NCBI RefSeq assembly: GCF_046545975.1
Contig: NZ_JBKGYT010000001.1
Coordinates: 1-59,779 of the forward strand
Source: Guyparkeria sp.
GTDB lineage: Bacteria > Pseudomonadota > Gammaproteobacteria > Halothiobacillales > Halothiobacillaceae
Direction: 5' to 3'
DNA: 59,779 bases
The position numbers and the translations under genes were made by a program. Positions 33,065-43,347 of the stretch are shown here, piece after piece. Each line of letters starts with the position of its first letter. The first letter of the stretch is position 1. The notes under the pieces are model-generated. The model was not told the DNA's origin. It did not search any database and saw only the letters and a list, made by a program, of their open reading frames with translations.

Positions 33065-34423
33065 GTGCCCGACGTGACTGAACCCAAGGTAGACACGATC
33101 TGTGCCGTGGCCACGGCCGCCGGCCGGGCCGGCGTCGGGGTGGTCCGGCTCTCCGGGCCGGATGCCAGGCCGATCATCGGACAGCTGTCCGGCCTCGATC
33201 CGTCTCCCCGTCACGCCCATTACGCCACGCTCCGGCGTTCCGCCGACGGCAGCGTGCTCGATGACGGCATCGTGCTCTTCTTCCCCGGGCCGCATTCCTA
33301 CACCGGCGAGGACGTGGTGGAGTGGCAGGGGCACGGCAACCCCGTGCTGCTCGACGAGGCCGTCCGCGAGATGATCCACGCCGGCGCCCGCATGGCCCGT
33401 CCGGGCGAGTTCACGGAGCGCGCCTTTCTCAACGGGCGCATGGATCTCGCCCAGGCCGAGGCGGTCGCCGACCTGATCGAGGCCGGTTCCGCCCAGGCGG
33501 CCAACGCGGCTCGTCGCTCGCTCACCGGCGTGTTTTCCCGCCGGATCGACACCTTCGTCGATCATCTCGTGCAGCTGCGCATGTACATCGAGGCGGCGCT
33601 GGACTTTCCCGAGGAGGAGATCGACTTTCTCTCGGATACCCGCCTGCGCGATCAGCTGGACGCCCTGCGTGCCGAGCTTGCCGACCTGTTGGCGCGAACC
33701 GGGGAAGGCGTCCGGCTGCGGGAGGGGATGCAGCTGGTGATCGTCGGCCAGCCGAACGCCGGCAAGTCCAGTCTCCTCAACCAGATGGCCGGCGAATCCC
33801 GTGCCATCGTCACCGAGATCGCCGGAACGACCCGTGACGTCCTGCGGGCCGAGATCAATATCGACGGCCTGCCGGTGCACGTGATCGACACCGCCGGGCT
33901 GCGCGACAGCGACGACCCCATCGAGCAGGAGGGCATCCGACGCGCCTGGGCCGAGATCGAGCAGGCCGACCTGGTGCTGCTTCTGATCGACGGCACGCGC
34001 GGGCGGACGACGGCGGACGAGCAGACGCTCGCGCGTCTCCCGGACAAGCCCCTGCTGACCGTGATCAACAAGATCGACCTGACCGGCGAGCCACCGTCCG
34101 AGTCGGCCGAAGACGGCGTGTTGCGCCTTTCCGCACGCAGCGGCGAGGGGGTCGACGCGCTGCGTCGCGAACTGCGGCACATGGCCGGCGTGACCGAGCG
34201 CAGCGAAGACCCGTTCATCGCGAGACGGCGACACCTCGATGCCCTGGAGCAGGCGCAATCCAGTCTCGACGAGGCCCGGCAGGCGCTGGTGGTGCTGGGC
34301 GCCGGCGAACTCGCCGCGGAGAGCCTGCGCCAGGCCCAGGAATCCATGGAGATCATCACCGGGCGTTTCACGGCGGACGACCTCCTGGGTGAGATCTTCG
34401 GCAGTTTCTGCATCGGCAAGTGA
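33065..34423 (+). CDS. mnmE: tRNA modification GTPase MnmE/TrmE
   Basis: DTICAVAT, PGEFTERAFLNG, GQPNAGKSS, GTTRD, DTAG, NKID, terminal FCIGK. Confidence 0.98.
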   Translation: MPDVTEPKVDTICAVATAAGRAGVGVVRLSGPDARPIIGQLSGLDPSPRHAHYATLRRSADGSVLDDGIVLFFPGPHSYTGEDVVEWQGHGNPVLLDEAVREMIHAGARMARPGEFTERAFLNGRMDLAQAEAVADLIEAGSAQAANAARRSLTGVFSRRIDTFVDHLVQLRMYIEAALDFPEEEIDFLSDTRLRDQLDALRAELADLLARTGEGVRLREGMQLVIVGQPNAGKSSLLNQMAGESRAIVTEIAGTTRDVLRAEINIDGLPVHVIDTAGLRDSDDPIEQEGIRRAWAEIEQADLVLLLIDGTRGRTTADEQTLARLPDKPLLTVINKIDLTGEPPSESAEDGVLRLSARSGEGVDALRRELRHMAGVTERSEDPFIARRRHLDALEQAQSSLDEARQALVVLGAGELAAESLRQAQESMEIITGRFTADDLLGEIFGSFCIGK

Positions 34424-34531
34424 CGTCCACGACGGTCCGGGTGGGGATTGGTGCAGCGGCCTGCTCGGTTGAAAACCGTGTTCGGTCGGGCTTTAATACA
34501 AGATGGTTTTCACCTTGGGAGGGCTGTCCTC

Positions 34532-35086
34532 ATGCTGTCGATGGGATATGAGCCGCCGATCGATATTCGGCAGGTGACTGGCAACGTGGTCGGCCTCGGT
34601 ACCCACCGGGCGCTGCAGTCCAAGACCGATCTCCACGGGATCATCACCCAGGCCAGCCGTTCCTTGGCGGAGATCTCCGGGTTTTCCGTCGACGAACTGA
34701 TCGGGCAGCCGCACAACATCCTCCGTCATCCGGACATGCCGGATACCGTCTACTACCTGATGTGGAAGGCGATCCAGAACGACGAGGAGTTCTTCGGCGT
34801 GGTGAAGAATCGCTGCAAGAACGGCGACCACTACTGGGTGCTCACGCGGGTAGCCCCGATCGTCCGCAACGGCGAGAAGGTGGGCTACACCTCGGCCCGT
34901 TTCCTGCCGCGGGCCGAACTGGTGCCGGACTGGGAAAAACTCTTTGCGGACATGCGGCACGCCGAACAGTCGGCCCAGTACGCCGACGAGCGCCGGTTCA
35001 AGCCGGCCGTCGACGTCATCAATCGCTTCGTTCACCGCCACGGCTATGACACGCTGCAACAGATGGTGCTCTCTGCACGGGCATGA
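34532..35086 (+). CDS. Stand-alone Aer-type PAS domain protein
   Basis: SKTD..G.IT, ISGF..DELIGQPHNILRHPDMP, MW, VKNRCKNGDHYWV, GYTSAR; no TM or MCP domain. Confidence 0.85.
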   Translation: MLSMGYEPPIDIRQVTGNVVGLGTHRALQSKTDLHGIITQASRSLAEISGFSVDELIGQPHNILRHPDMPDTVYYLMWKAIQNDEEFFGVVKNRCKNGDHYWVLTRVAPIVRNGEKVGYTSARFLPRAELVPDWEKLFADMRHAEQSAQYADERRFKPAVDVINRFVHRHGYDTLQQMVLSARA

Positions 35087-35676
35087 CCTCTCGACGGGCT
35101 GACCTCCCGGCCTTCACCGCTCACTCGGCGCATTACCCCTGGTTTCGCCTCGAGCGGGTAACGGGATCGCAGCTTCCGCTGGTGGCCTCACTGGCCGAAT
35201 CGATCTGGTGGAAATGCTATCCGCCCGTCATCGGTGCCGAGCAGGTGCACTACATGCTGGGCCGCGGCTACGGGCTTCCGGCCTTGCGCGGCCAGGCCCG
35301 TGCGGGGGCGCGCTTCCGGCTCCTGCGGGCCGGTGGGCAGCCGATCGGCTTTCTCGCCTGGCAAGCCGCGGAAGACGAGGCGTTTCTCGACAAGCTGTAC
35401 CTGGAGCCGGAATACCACGGGCTCGGCCTGGGACGGATGATGCTGGCCGAGGTGGCCCGGGAAGCGGCCGCTACCGGCCTCGCCGCGGTGTCGCTGCGCG
35501 TCAACCGTGGCAATGGGCCGGCCATCCGCGCCTATCGCCGGGCGGGTTTCGAGGTGATCGCCGAGGACGTCAAGCCCATCGGTGGCGGGTTCGTCATGGA
35601 CGACTACCTCATGCGGCTGAATCTCGAGCACCAGCGTTTGATAGAATCCCTCGACGATCGACCGCCACCGTGCTAG
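35083..35676 (+). CDS. GNAT family N-acetyltransferase
   Basis: LDKLYLEPEYHGLGLGR motif A, VNRGN..AI.AY.RAGF, GGGFVMDDY.M. Confidence 0.88.
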   Translation: MTSRRADLPAFTAHSAHYPWFRLERVTGSQLPLVASLAESIWWKCYPPVIGAEQVHYMLGRGYGLPALRGQARAGARFRLLRAGGQPIGFLAWQAAEDEAFLDKLYLEPEYHGLGLGRMMLAEVAREAAATGLAAVSLRVNRGNGPAIRAYRRAGFEVIAEDVKPIGGGFVMDDYLMRLNLEHQRLIESLDDRPPPC

Positions 35677-36498
35677 ATGCGAAACCCCGGAGGTATTGGG
35701 ATGCAGGGCGATGTCTCGAATTCGAATCCGCCCGAGGTGTTTCCTGACGGGGTGAGGCAGGTGACCTGCCGGGATTGTCTCGCCGAGGCGAGCGCGGGAC
35801 TCGGTTTCTCCTTCTCCATGGCCTTCCAGCCGATCGTCGATACCCACCGTGGCGAGGTCTACGCCTACGAGGCCCTCGTTCGGGGGCCGGGTGGGGAATC
35901 CGCAGGCAGCGTGCTTTCGCGGGTCGACGAGTCGAACCGCTACTACTTCGATCAGGCGGCCCGCGTGACCGCCATTCGGCTGGCCTCGGAATTGGGGATC
36001 CAGACGAATCTGAGCATCAACTTCATGCCCAACGCGATCTACAAGCCGCAGTCCTGCATCCGGGCGACCATGGAGGCGGCAAGGATCTACGGCTTCGACC
36101 CACGGCGGCTGATCTTCGAGGTCACCGAGGCCGAGAAGATCGCCGACCGGCCGCATCTCCGGCGGATCTTCGACGAGTACCGCGAACAGGGACTGATGCG
36201 GGCGATCGACGACTACGGCGAGGGATTCGCCGGGCTCAACCACCTGATCGAGCTCGAGCCGGACCTGGTCAAGATCGACCTGAACCTCGTCCGGGGCGTC
36301 GATCGGCACCGCAGTCGCCAGGCGGTGATCCGCTCGACCGCGCTGCTGTGCGAGGAAATGGGCATCCGCCTGATCGCCGAGGGTGTCGAGACCCGCGAGG
36401 AATACGAAACCCTCAGGGACATGGGGCTGTCCCTGTTCCAGGGCTACTGGTTTGCCCGCCCCGGCTTCGAAAGCCTTCCGCAACCAACCATGCCGTGA
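35677..36498 (+). CDS. Stand-alone EAL-domain c-di-GMP phosphodiesterase
   Basis: [39 protein letters not shown]; start may be 35701. Confidence 0.9.
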   Translation: MRNPGGIGMQGDVSNSNPPEVFPDGVRQVTCRDCLAEASAGLGFSFSMAFQPIVDTHRGEVYAYEALVRGPGGESAGSVLSRVDESNRYYFDQAARVTAIRLASELGIQTNLSINFMPNAIYKPQSCIRATMEAARIYGFDPRRLIFEVTEAEKIADRPHLRRIFDEYREQGLMRAIDDYGEGFAGLNHLIELEPDLVKIDLNLVRGVDRHRSRQAVIRSTALLCEEMGIRLIAEGVETREEYETLRDMGLSLFQGYWFARPGFESLPQPTMP

Positions 36499-36514
36499 CC
36501 ATCATGCCGAGGGT

Positions 36515-37588
36515 ATGCCATTGACTACCGAGAAACGTGAATCCACCACCATCCGCCTTACCCAGTACAGCCACGGGGCGGGTTGCGGCTGCAAGATCGC
36601 CCCTGCGCTGCTCGACGACATGCTCGCCTCGACGCTCACGCCGATCGAGCCCGATGCGCGGCTTATCGTGGGCAACGACTCGCGTGACGATGCCGCCGTG
36701 TTCGACCTCGGTGACGGCACGGGCGTGATCAGCACCACGGATTTCTTCATGCCGATCGTCGACGATCCGTTCACCTTCGGACGGATCGCCGCGACCAACG
36801 CGATCAGCGATGTCTACGCCATGGGCGGCCAGCCCATGCTCGCGATCGCGATCCTCGGCTGGCCCATCGACCGGCTGGGTCCGGAGGTCGCCGCCGCGGT
36901 CATCGACGGCGGTCGTAGCGCCTGCCACGAGGCCGGCATCACCCTCGCCGGCGGGCACTCCATCGATGCCCCGGAACCGATCTTCGGCCTGGCCGTGACC
37001 GGCCGGGTCGAACTTGACCAGCTTAAGTGCAACGACCGTGCCCGGGAAGGCGACCTGCTGTTCCTGACCAAGCCGCTGGGGGTGGGAATACTGACCACCG
37101 CCCAGAAGAACGGCGTGCTCGACGAGGCGCACGCGCACCTGGCGCCCGAGAGCATGATGCGTCTTAACCGCATCGGCCGTGACCTGGCCGCCATCGAGGC
37201 GGTGACCGCCATGACCGACGTCACCGGCTTCGGCCTCGGCGGGCACCTGCTGGAGCTGTGCCGCGGCAGCGATCTTCGCGCGGAGGTCGACGTCGACGCC
37301 CTGCCGCTGATCGAGGCGGTGGCCGACTACTTCGCCCGGGGCCAGATGCCCGGAGGGACCGGCCGCAACTACGCGAGCTACGGCCACGATCTCGGCGAAC
37401 TCAGCGAGCGCGCCCGTGCCGTGGTCTGCGATCCCCAGACCTCGGGCGGGTTGCTGGTGGCCGTACGGCCCGAGGCGGCCGACCGGGTCGCTGCCCTGCT
37501 CGAGACCGAGGGGCTGCATTCGCGGCCGATCGGTGCGCTCGCCGCCCACGCCGAGGGTCCGCGCGTGACCTTCCGCGAGCGACGGTGA
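36515..37588 (+). CDS. selD: Selenide, water dikinase (Cys-type)
   Basis: [52 protein letters not shown]. Confidence 0.96.
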   Translation: MPLTTEKRESTTIRLTQYSHGAGCGCKIAPALLDDMLASTLTPIEPDARLIVGNDSRDDAAVFDLGDGTGVISTTDFFMPIVDDPFTFGRIAATNAISDVYAMGGQPMLAIAILGWPIDRLGPEVAAAVIDGGRSACHEAGITLAGGHSIDAPEPIFGLAVTGRVELDQLKCNDRAREGDLLFLTKPLGVGILTTAQKNGVLDEAHAHLAPESMMRLNRIGRDLAAIEAVTAMTDVTGFGLGGHLLELCRGSDLRAEVDVDALPLIEAVADYFARGQMPGGTGRNYASYGHDLGELSERARAVVCDPQTSGGLLVAVRPEAADRVAALLETEGLHSRPIGALAAHAEGPRVTFRERR

Positions 37589-37590
37589 CG

Positions 37591-38721
37591 ATGGCCGGTA
37601 CGCGTGATCTGCCCCTGGTCACCGACCTGGCCGCGATCTTCCTCGAGGGTCGTCCGCTGATGGACGTGCGCGCTCCGGTGGAATTCGGCCAAGGCGCCTT
37701 TCCCGGCACGCACAACCTGCCGCTGCTGACCGACGAGGAACGCCACCAGGTCGGCATCCGCTACAAGGAGGCCGGCCAGGACGCGGCCGTCGAGCTGGGC
37801 TACCGGCTGGTCGACGAGGCGGAAAAGGCGCAGCGGATCGCGCAGTGGCAGGCATTCGCCCGGGCGCACCCCGACGGGGCGCTGTACTGCCTTCGCGGCG
37901 GGTTGCGCTCGCAGCTGACCCAGCAGATGCTCTTCGAGGCCACCGGCATCGCCTATCCGCGCGTCGCCGGGGGGTACAAGGCCCTGCGGCGGTTCCTGCT
38001 CAATACGCTGGAGGAGGTCTCGCCCACCGCGCCGCTGATCATGCTCGGCGGCCGGACCGGCGTGGGCAAGACGCCGTTCCTGTTCCGCTTCGATCGATAT
38101 ATCGATCTCGAAGGCCGCGCCCGCCACAAGGGATCGGCATTCGGGCGGGAGCCCGTGCCGCAGCCGACACCCATCGACTTCGAGAACCAAGTGGCGATCG
38201 ACCTGCTCCGTCTGCACCATCACGCGCCGGACGCACCGATCCTGGTCGAGGACGAGGGAAAGATGGTCGGCGCCCGCCAGGTGCCGCCGGCGCTGTTCGA
38301 GCGCATGGGGCGCTCTCCGCTGGTGGTCATCGAGCGGCCGATCGAGGAGCGCGTCGAGCAGAGCCTGAAGGACTACATCATCGACCTGGAGGCCGGTTAC
38401 CGGGACGTGCTCGCCGCGGGGAGTGCCGATGCCGAGCCCCACGTGCGAGCGCACATCCTGGGCGCGATCGACCGGGTCGCCAGGCGGCTGGGCGGCGTGC
38501 GCCACCGGCGCGTGCGGGGGATGGCCGAATCGGCACTGGATGCCTGGTACCGGCACGGCGACCGCGAAGGCCTGCGCGATCTGATCCGGGTGATGCTGGT
38601 CGAGTACTACGACCCGATGTACGACTACCAGTTGCGGCACAAGCGCGACCGGATCCGTTTCACCGGCTCGCCGGACGAGGTCGCCGAGTGGCTGGAGGCG
38701 CGGGGCCTGCGCCCACGCTGA
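37591..38721 (+). CDS. selU: tRNA 2-selenouridine synthase
   Basis: Rhodanese DVRAPVEF..G, YCLRGGLRS, GGYK, P-loop GRTGVGKT, DLEG.A.H.GSAFG, YYDPMY.YQ; adjacent to selD. Confidence 0.93.
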   Translation: MAGTRDLPLVTDLAAIFLEGRPLMDVRAPVEFGQGAFPGTHNLPLLTDEERHQVGIRYKEAGQDAAVELGYRLVDEAEKAQRIAQWQAFARAHPDGALYCLRGGLRSQLTQQMLFEATGIAYPRVAGGYKALRRFLLNTLEEVSPTAPLIMLGGRTGVGKTPFLFRFDRYIDLEGRARHKGSAFGREPVPQPTPIDFENQVAIDLLRLHHHAPDAPILVEDEGKMVGARQVPPALFERMGRSPLVVIERPIEERVEQSLKDYIIDLEAGYRDVLAAGSADAEPHVRAHILGAIDRVARRLGGVRHRRVRGMAESALDAWYRHGDREGLRDLIRVMLVEYYDPMYDYQLRHKRDRIRFTGSPDEVAEWLEARGLRPR

Positions 38722-38824
38722 CCGCCCGGGTCGCAGTCGCCGGGGGCATTCGCTTGCGTCGGGGTGTGTCGGCGCGCCTCACGCGGTAGACTTGGCGCCC
38801 GTCGAAATCCAGCAGAACCAGACG

Positions 38825-39661
38825 ATGACCGCACCTCCCGATTCCAAGGCAGGCGACGGCCGGGACGACCTGTTCCGGACGCCGCAACCGCCCGCCGCTT
38901 TCCGCTTCGACGAGGCAGTGGCGGCCGTGTTTCCGGACATGATCTCGCGGTCCGTGCCCGGCTACCGTTTCAACCTGGAACTGGTCGCGGCCATTGCCCG
39001 CCGCCACGTTCAACCGCACACGCGGGTCTACGACCTGGGCTGTTCGCTGGGCGCCATGACGCTCTCCATCCGCTCGGCGCTGGCCTCGCTTGCCGAACCG
39101 CCGGCGGGCGTCGAGATGGTCGGCGTGGACAGCTCCCCGGCCATGATCGAGCGCGCCCGCAGCCAGCTGGCCGCCTTCCAGTCGCCGTACCGCACCGAGC
39201 TGGTCTGCGGCGACCTGCAGCAGGCGGCGGTGAAGAACGCCTCGCTGGTGGTGCTGGGCTACACGCTGCAGTTCGTCCCGCTGGAGGAGCGCGCCGCGGT
39301 GGTCGGGCGCATCCGGGCCGGGCTGGTGCCCGGGGGGGTGCTGGTGCTGGCCGAGAAGGTCCACGAGCCGGATGCGACAGCCGAGCGGTTGATGACCGAG
39401 CTTCACCACGACTTCAAGCGTGCCAACGGCTATTCTGAACTCGAGATCGCCCACAAGCGCCAGGCGCTGGAGAACGTCCTGCGCACGGAGACCGTCGACG
39501 ACCACGAGTCGCGCCTGCACGGGGCCGGGTTCGATCGTGTCGTCATGCTCTCGCGCCACTACGGGTTCTGCCTGTGGTTGGCACAGGTGGGCGAAAAAAC
39601 AACGGTGCCGCCTGCAACCGGTCCAGCCACGCCGGCGTCAGCGGAACCCTCCGACGGCTGA
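38825..39661 (+). CDS. cmoA: Carboxy-S-adenosyl-L-methionine synthase
   Basis: FRFDEAVAAVFPDMI.RSVPGY, YDLGCSLGA, TLQF, FKRANGYSELEI..KR.ALENV. Confidence 0.95.
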   Translation: MTAPPDSKAGDGRDDLFRTPQPPAAFRFDEAVAAVFPDMISRSVPGYRFNLELVAAIARRHVQPHTRVYDLGCSLGAMTLSIRSALASLAEPPAGVEMVGVDSSPAMIERARSQLAAFQSPYRTELVCGDLQQAAVKNASLVVLGYTLQFVPLEERAAVVGRIRAGLVPGGVLVLAEKVHEPDATAERLMTELHHDFKRANGYSELEIAHKRQALENVLRTETVDDHESRLHGAGFDRVVMLSRHYGFCLWLAQVGEKTTVPPATGPATPASAEPSDG

Positions 39662-39717
39662 GAAGACATATGTCCTGCGGGCGCGCCATCTGCGCCCAGT
39701 CGACAGGGAAACGGTTG

Positions 39718-40755
39718 ATGACTGACAACAGCAGAACGATCCAACGTACTTCGTGTCGCCTGGCCGGACGGATGCTCGCGGCATCGGCGCTGTTCCTGGC
39801 GGGGGCGGCCATGGGCCAGGCGGGGCCGATCGCCGGGGAGACGGGGTGGTCGGGGCAGATCACCCCGCTGGTGGGCGTGATATCGAGCCGGTCGAACCTG
39901 GCGGTCTCCAGCGGCCAGAAGGAGATCGACTCGCTCTACCGCCTGTCATCGCGCGAGTACCGCCCGGTCGGCGGGGCCCTGGGACGGGTCGACTACACCA
40001 TCACCCCCGGCAGGCTCGCCCTGTACGCGGGCACGCCGCGCACGGCATTCCAGGACGGCGAGATTTCGCTGGAGGCCGGTGCCCGCTATCGTCTGGGAAA
40101 CGCGGGGGTCTTCAGTGCGGGCGTGATCCCGGCCAGCGTCGCCGGTAACGAGGTGTGGTCGGATCCCTTCCTCGCCGGCGAGCGACGCACCGCGACCGAT
40201 GCGAGCCGTCGCGGTCTTCACCTGGGGATGGCCGCCATCGGCGGCACCGGGCTGTCGGTGGACTACCACCTGTTCCGCCACGACATCGACGAGGAACGTT
40301 CCGGCGAGGCCCTCGGCCTGTCGGCCGCCGATCGCGCCCTGCTCGACCGGGATGCCACCGAGCACCGGTTCGATTTGGCCTATCGCCTGCCGGTCGTGTC
40401 AGGGGTGACGCTCACCCCCGGACTGCAGTACCGCCGCATGGATGCCGACGGCGGGGCCAACCGCGGCTGGCTGCTGCGCCCGCAGATGACCGCGCAATGG
40501 CAGGTCGACCGGCTGAGCCTCTCCCTGACGGGCTTCTACGGCGTGGACCGCTACGACCTGCGCCAGCCGGTCTACGACGAGTACCGGGACGCCGAGCAGG
40601 TGGGCGTGGTCGCGGGCGTTCGCTATTCCGAGCCCTTCGGCTGGTCGAACTGGTCGGTGGATGCCCGGGGTGTCTGGTCCGAGTCCGACTCGGACATCCG
40701 CTTCTACGACCAGCAGACGGGCGTGTTCGCCGTCGGTCTGGGTTACCGGTTCTGA
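39718..40755 (+). CDS. Outer-membrane beta-barrel protein, DUF2860-like
   Basis: Signal peptide, EVWSDPF..G..R..TD, SDSDIRFYD, terminal LGYRF; family assignment from recall. Confidence 0.7.
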   Translation: MTDNSRTIQRTSCRLAGRMLAASALFLAGAAMGQAGPIAGETGWSGQITPLVGVISSRSNLAVSSGQKEIDSLYRLSSREYRPVGGALGRVDYTITPGRLALYAGTPRTAFQDGEISLEAGARYRLGNAGVFSAGVIPASVAGNEVWSDPFLAGERRTATDASRRGLHLGMAAIGGTGLSVDYHLFRHDIDEERSGEALGLSAADRALLDRDATEHRFDLAYRLPVVSGVTLTPGLQYRRMDADGGANRGWLLRPQMTAQWQVDRLSLSLTGFYGVDRYDLRQPVYDEYRDAEQVGVVAGVRYSEPFGWSNWSVDARGVWSESDSDIRFYDQQTGVFAVGLGYRF

Positions 40756-40757
40756 CG

Positions 40758-41753
40758 ATGGCCACCGGACCCCGGGAACCCGAGGTGCGTCTCGGGGCGG
40801 AACGGCTCGCCGCCCGCAATGCCGTGACCCTCCCCCGTTTCGGGCTGCCGCTCGACGAGTGGATCGCCCGTGACTGGCTGGCCATCAACCACGGCGACTG
40901 GCCTCGCTGGCTGGCCGCGCTCGGGCGGTTGCCGGAGCGCCCCGCCGATGCCGTCAACCACCTCGACCAGGCGGCGGTTACCGTGACCGCCCCGTCCGGC
41001 ACGCCAACGGGGCTGGAAGATGTGCTGCGGGCGCTGATTCCCTGGCGCAAGGGGCCCTACGATCTGCTCGGCGTGCGCATCGATACCGAGTGGCGCTCGG
41101 ATCTGAAATGGGACCGGCTGATCGACCACATCCAGCCACTGGCCGGTCGGCGCGTGCTGGACGTGGGCTGCGGCAACGGCTACCACCTCTGGCGCATGCT
41201 CGGTGCCGGTGCGGATGCCGCCCTGGGCATCGACCCCACCTGGGTGTTCGCCGCGCAGTTCCACGCCGTGGCGCAGCTGCTCGACGAGACCCGCGCCGGC
41301 ATCGTGCCGACCCCGCTGGAGCGCTTTCCCCACCGGCCGGTGTTCGATAGCGTCTTCTCCATGGGCGTGCTCTATCACCGCCGGGATCCCTTTACCCACC
41401 TCTCCGAGCTCAAGGCCTGCCTGCGCCCCGGCGGCGAGCTGATCCTGGAGACGCTGGTGGTCGAGGGCGACGAGCGCACGATCCTCACTCCCGAGGACCG
41501 TTATGCCGGCATGCGCAACGTCTGGTTCCTGCCCAGCCCGGCGGTGGTCGAGCGCTGGCTCTCGCGGATGGGATTCGTCGAGCCGAGGCTGGTCGACGTG
41601 TCGGTGACCACCGAGGCCGAGCAGCACCGCACCGAGTGGTTCGGCGACCGCCAGTCGCTGGTCGACTTCCTCGACCCGCAGGAGCCCTCCCTGACCCGCG
41701 AAGGCCTGCCGGCGCCGCGACGGGCGATATTCACCGCCCGTCGCCCGGGCTGA
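40758..41753 (+). CDS. cmoB: tRNA U34 carboxymethyltransferase
   Basis: PWRKGPY, IDTEWRSD.KWDR, LDVGCGNGYH, SMGVLYHRR, DRYAGMRNVWFLP. Confidence 0.95.
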   Translation: MATGPREPEVRLGAERLAARNAVTLPRFGLPLDEWIARDWLAINHGDWPRWLAALGRLPERPADAVNHLDQAAVTVTAPSGTPTGLEDVLRALIPWRKGPYDLLGVRIDTEWRSDLKWDRLIDHIQPLAGRRVLDVGCGNGYHLWRMLGAGADAALGIDPTWVFAAQFHAVAQLLDETRAGIVPTPLERFPHRPVFDSVFSMGVLYHRRDPFTHLSELKACLRPGGELILETLVVEGDERTILTPEDRYAGMRNVWFLPSPAVVERWLSRMGFVEPRLVDVSVTTEAEQHRTEWFGDRQSLVDFLDPQEPSLTREGLPAPRRAIFTARRPG

Positions 41754-41773
41754 TCCCGCCCCGTTCCCGGCCA

Positions 41774-43279
41774 TCAGCCGGAGGTCCAGAACCAGCGGTC
41801 CAGGTTCCGGTAGCCGATCGCCTCGCCCAGGGCGGTGGCATCTATCTCGTCTCGCTGGTCGTAGTCGGCGATGCTGCGGGCGAGTTTCAGTATTCGTTCG
41901 CGGGCACGGCCCGACAGCCCCAGTTTCTCGATCGCCCGGTTGAGCATCGTCCGCTCGGCGGCAGCGAGCGGCACGTGGTCCGCCACGCCGCGGGCGTCCA
42001 GTCGGGCATTGATTCTCCCCTGACGATGCAGCATGCGTTCGCGCGCCGCGATCACGCGGGAGCGTACCGTGGCGCTGTCCTCGCCATCCCGATCCGTCCG
42101 GTCCAGGTCCGTGGCCGGAACGCGCGGGACTTCCAGATGGATGTCGATGCGGTCGAGCAGTGGGCCCGAAATCTTTGCCCGGTAGCGCTGAGCGGCGCGC
42201 GAGTGGATCTCGGTCCCCTGCGGCGAGGGGTTCATGGCCGCGATCAGCTGGAAGTCGGCGGGAAAGGTGGCCTGTCTCGCGGCCCGCGAGATCATCACTT
42301 CCCGGGATTCCATCGGCTCGCGGAGCGCTTCGAGCACGCGTCGGTCGAATTCCGGCAGTTCGTCGAGAAACAGCGTGCCGTGGTGCGCCAGCGAGATTTC
42401 TCCCGGCCCCGGTTGTGACCCGCCGCCGATCAGCGCGACGGCCGAGGCCGAATGATGCGGCGCGCGGAACGGGCGACGCCCGAAGCGATCCGGATCGAAT
42501 CCCCCGGGAGTCACGGCGGCCACCTCGGCCGCGGCCAGGGCCTCCTCTTCGGTCATTGGCGGCAGTATCCCGGCCAGCCGGCGCGCCAGCATGCTCTTGC
42601 CTGCCCCTGGCGGACCGACGAGCAACAGGTTGTGGCCGCCCGCCGCGGCGATCGCCAGGGCCCGCTTGGCCCGCGGCTGGCCACGCACGTCGGCCAGATC
42701 CCCGTCGGCGGCCGGGTCGATGCCGGACGGCGGCTCGTGTCTCAGTGCCTCGAGTTCCCGTTCCCCGGCCAGGAAGCCGACCAGTTCGGTGAGGTGAGCC
42801 ACGGTATGGCCCCGCACGCCGGGGATCAGCTGCGCCTCCCGCCGACCTTCCGCGGGCAGCACAAGATCGCGGCCGGCATCCCGGACGGCGCGGGCGGCCG
42901 ACAGCGCACCCCGGATGGCGCGGACGGAGCCGTCGAGGGACAGTTCTCCCAGGCACTCGATCCGTCCCAGCCGATCACGCGCCGTCGGCGACAACTGGCC
43001 GGTGGCGGCGAGGATGGCCACGGCGATGGCCAGGTCGAAGCGGGCGCCTTCCTTGGGCAGGTCCGCGGGGGCGAGGTTGACGGTCAGCCGTCGAGGCGGG
43101 AACTCGAAGCCGGAGGAAAGGATGGCGGCGCGCACGCGGTCGCGGCTTTCGCGCACGGCCGTCTCCGGCAGGCCGACCAGGGTGAAGGCCGGCAGGCCGG
43201 CGGAGACGTGTGCCTCGACGGTCACCAGCGGCGCGCTGATGCCGAGCAGGGCACGGCTGTGGATCTTGGCGATGGGCAT
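41774..43279 (-). CDS. comM: YifB/ComM Mg-chelatase-like AAA+ ATPase
   Basis: VGLPETAVRESRDRV, NLAPADLPKEG, GPPGAGKSM, PFRAPHHSAS, FLDELPEF, SGPLLDRID. Confidence 0.93.
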   Translation of the reverse strand: MPIAKIHSRALLGISAPLVTVEAHVSAGLPAFTLVGLPETAVRESRDRVRAAILSSGFEFPPRRLTVNLAPADLPKEGARFDLAIAVAILAATGQLSPTARDRLGRIECLGELSLDGSVRAIRGALSAARAVRDAGRDLVLPAEGRREAQLIPGVRGHTVAHLTELVGFLAGERELEALRHEPPSGIDPAADGDLADVRGQPRAKRALAIAAAGGHNLLLVGPPGAGKSMLARRLAGILPPMTEEEALAAAEVAAVTPGGFDPDRFGRRPFRAPHHSASAVALIGGGSQPGPGEISLAHHGTLFLDELPEFDRRVLEALREPMESREVMISRAARQATFPADFQLIAAMNPSPQGTEIHSRAAQRYRAKISGPLLDRIDIHLEVPRVPATDLDRTDRDGEDSATVRSRVIAARERMLHRQGRINARLDARGVADHVPLAAAERTMLNRAIEKLGLSGRARERILKLARSIADYDQRDEIDATALGEAIGYRNLDRWFWTSG

Positions 43280-43347
43280 GTCCGTATGCCTCGCAAGGGA
43301 ATAGTAAACGGGGCGTCGTCCCGGCATGCCGGGCGAGGGGCCGGTCC

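Noticed and set aside
36575-36600. Selenocysteine (UGA) form of SelD or other selenoproteins
   Set aside because: Both active-site codons are TGC, and I saw no in-frame TGA in grxC, trxC or bcp.
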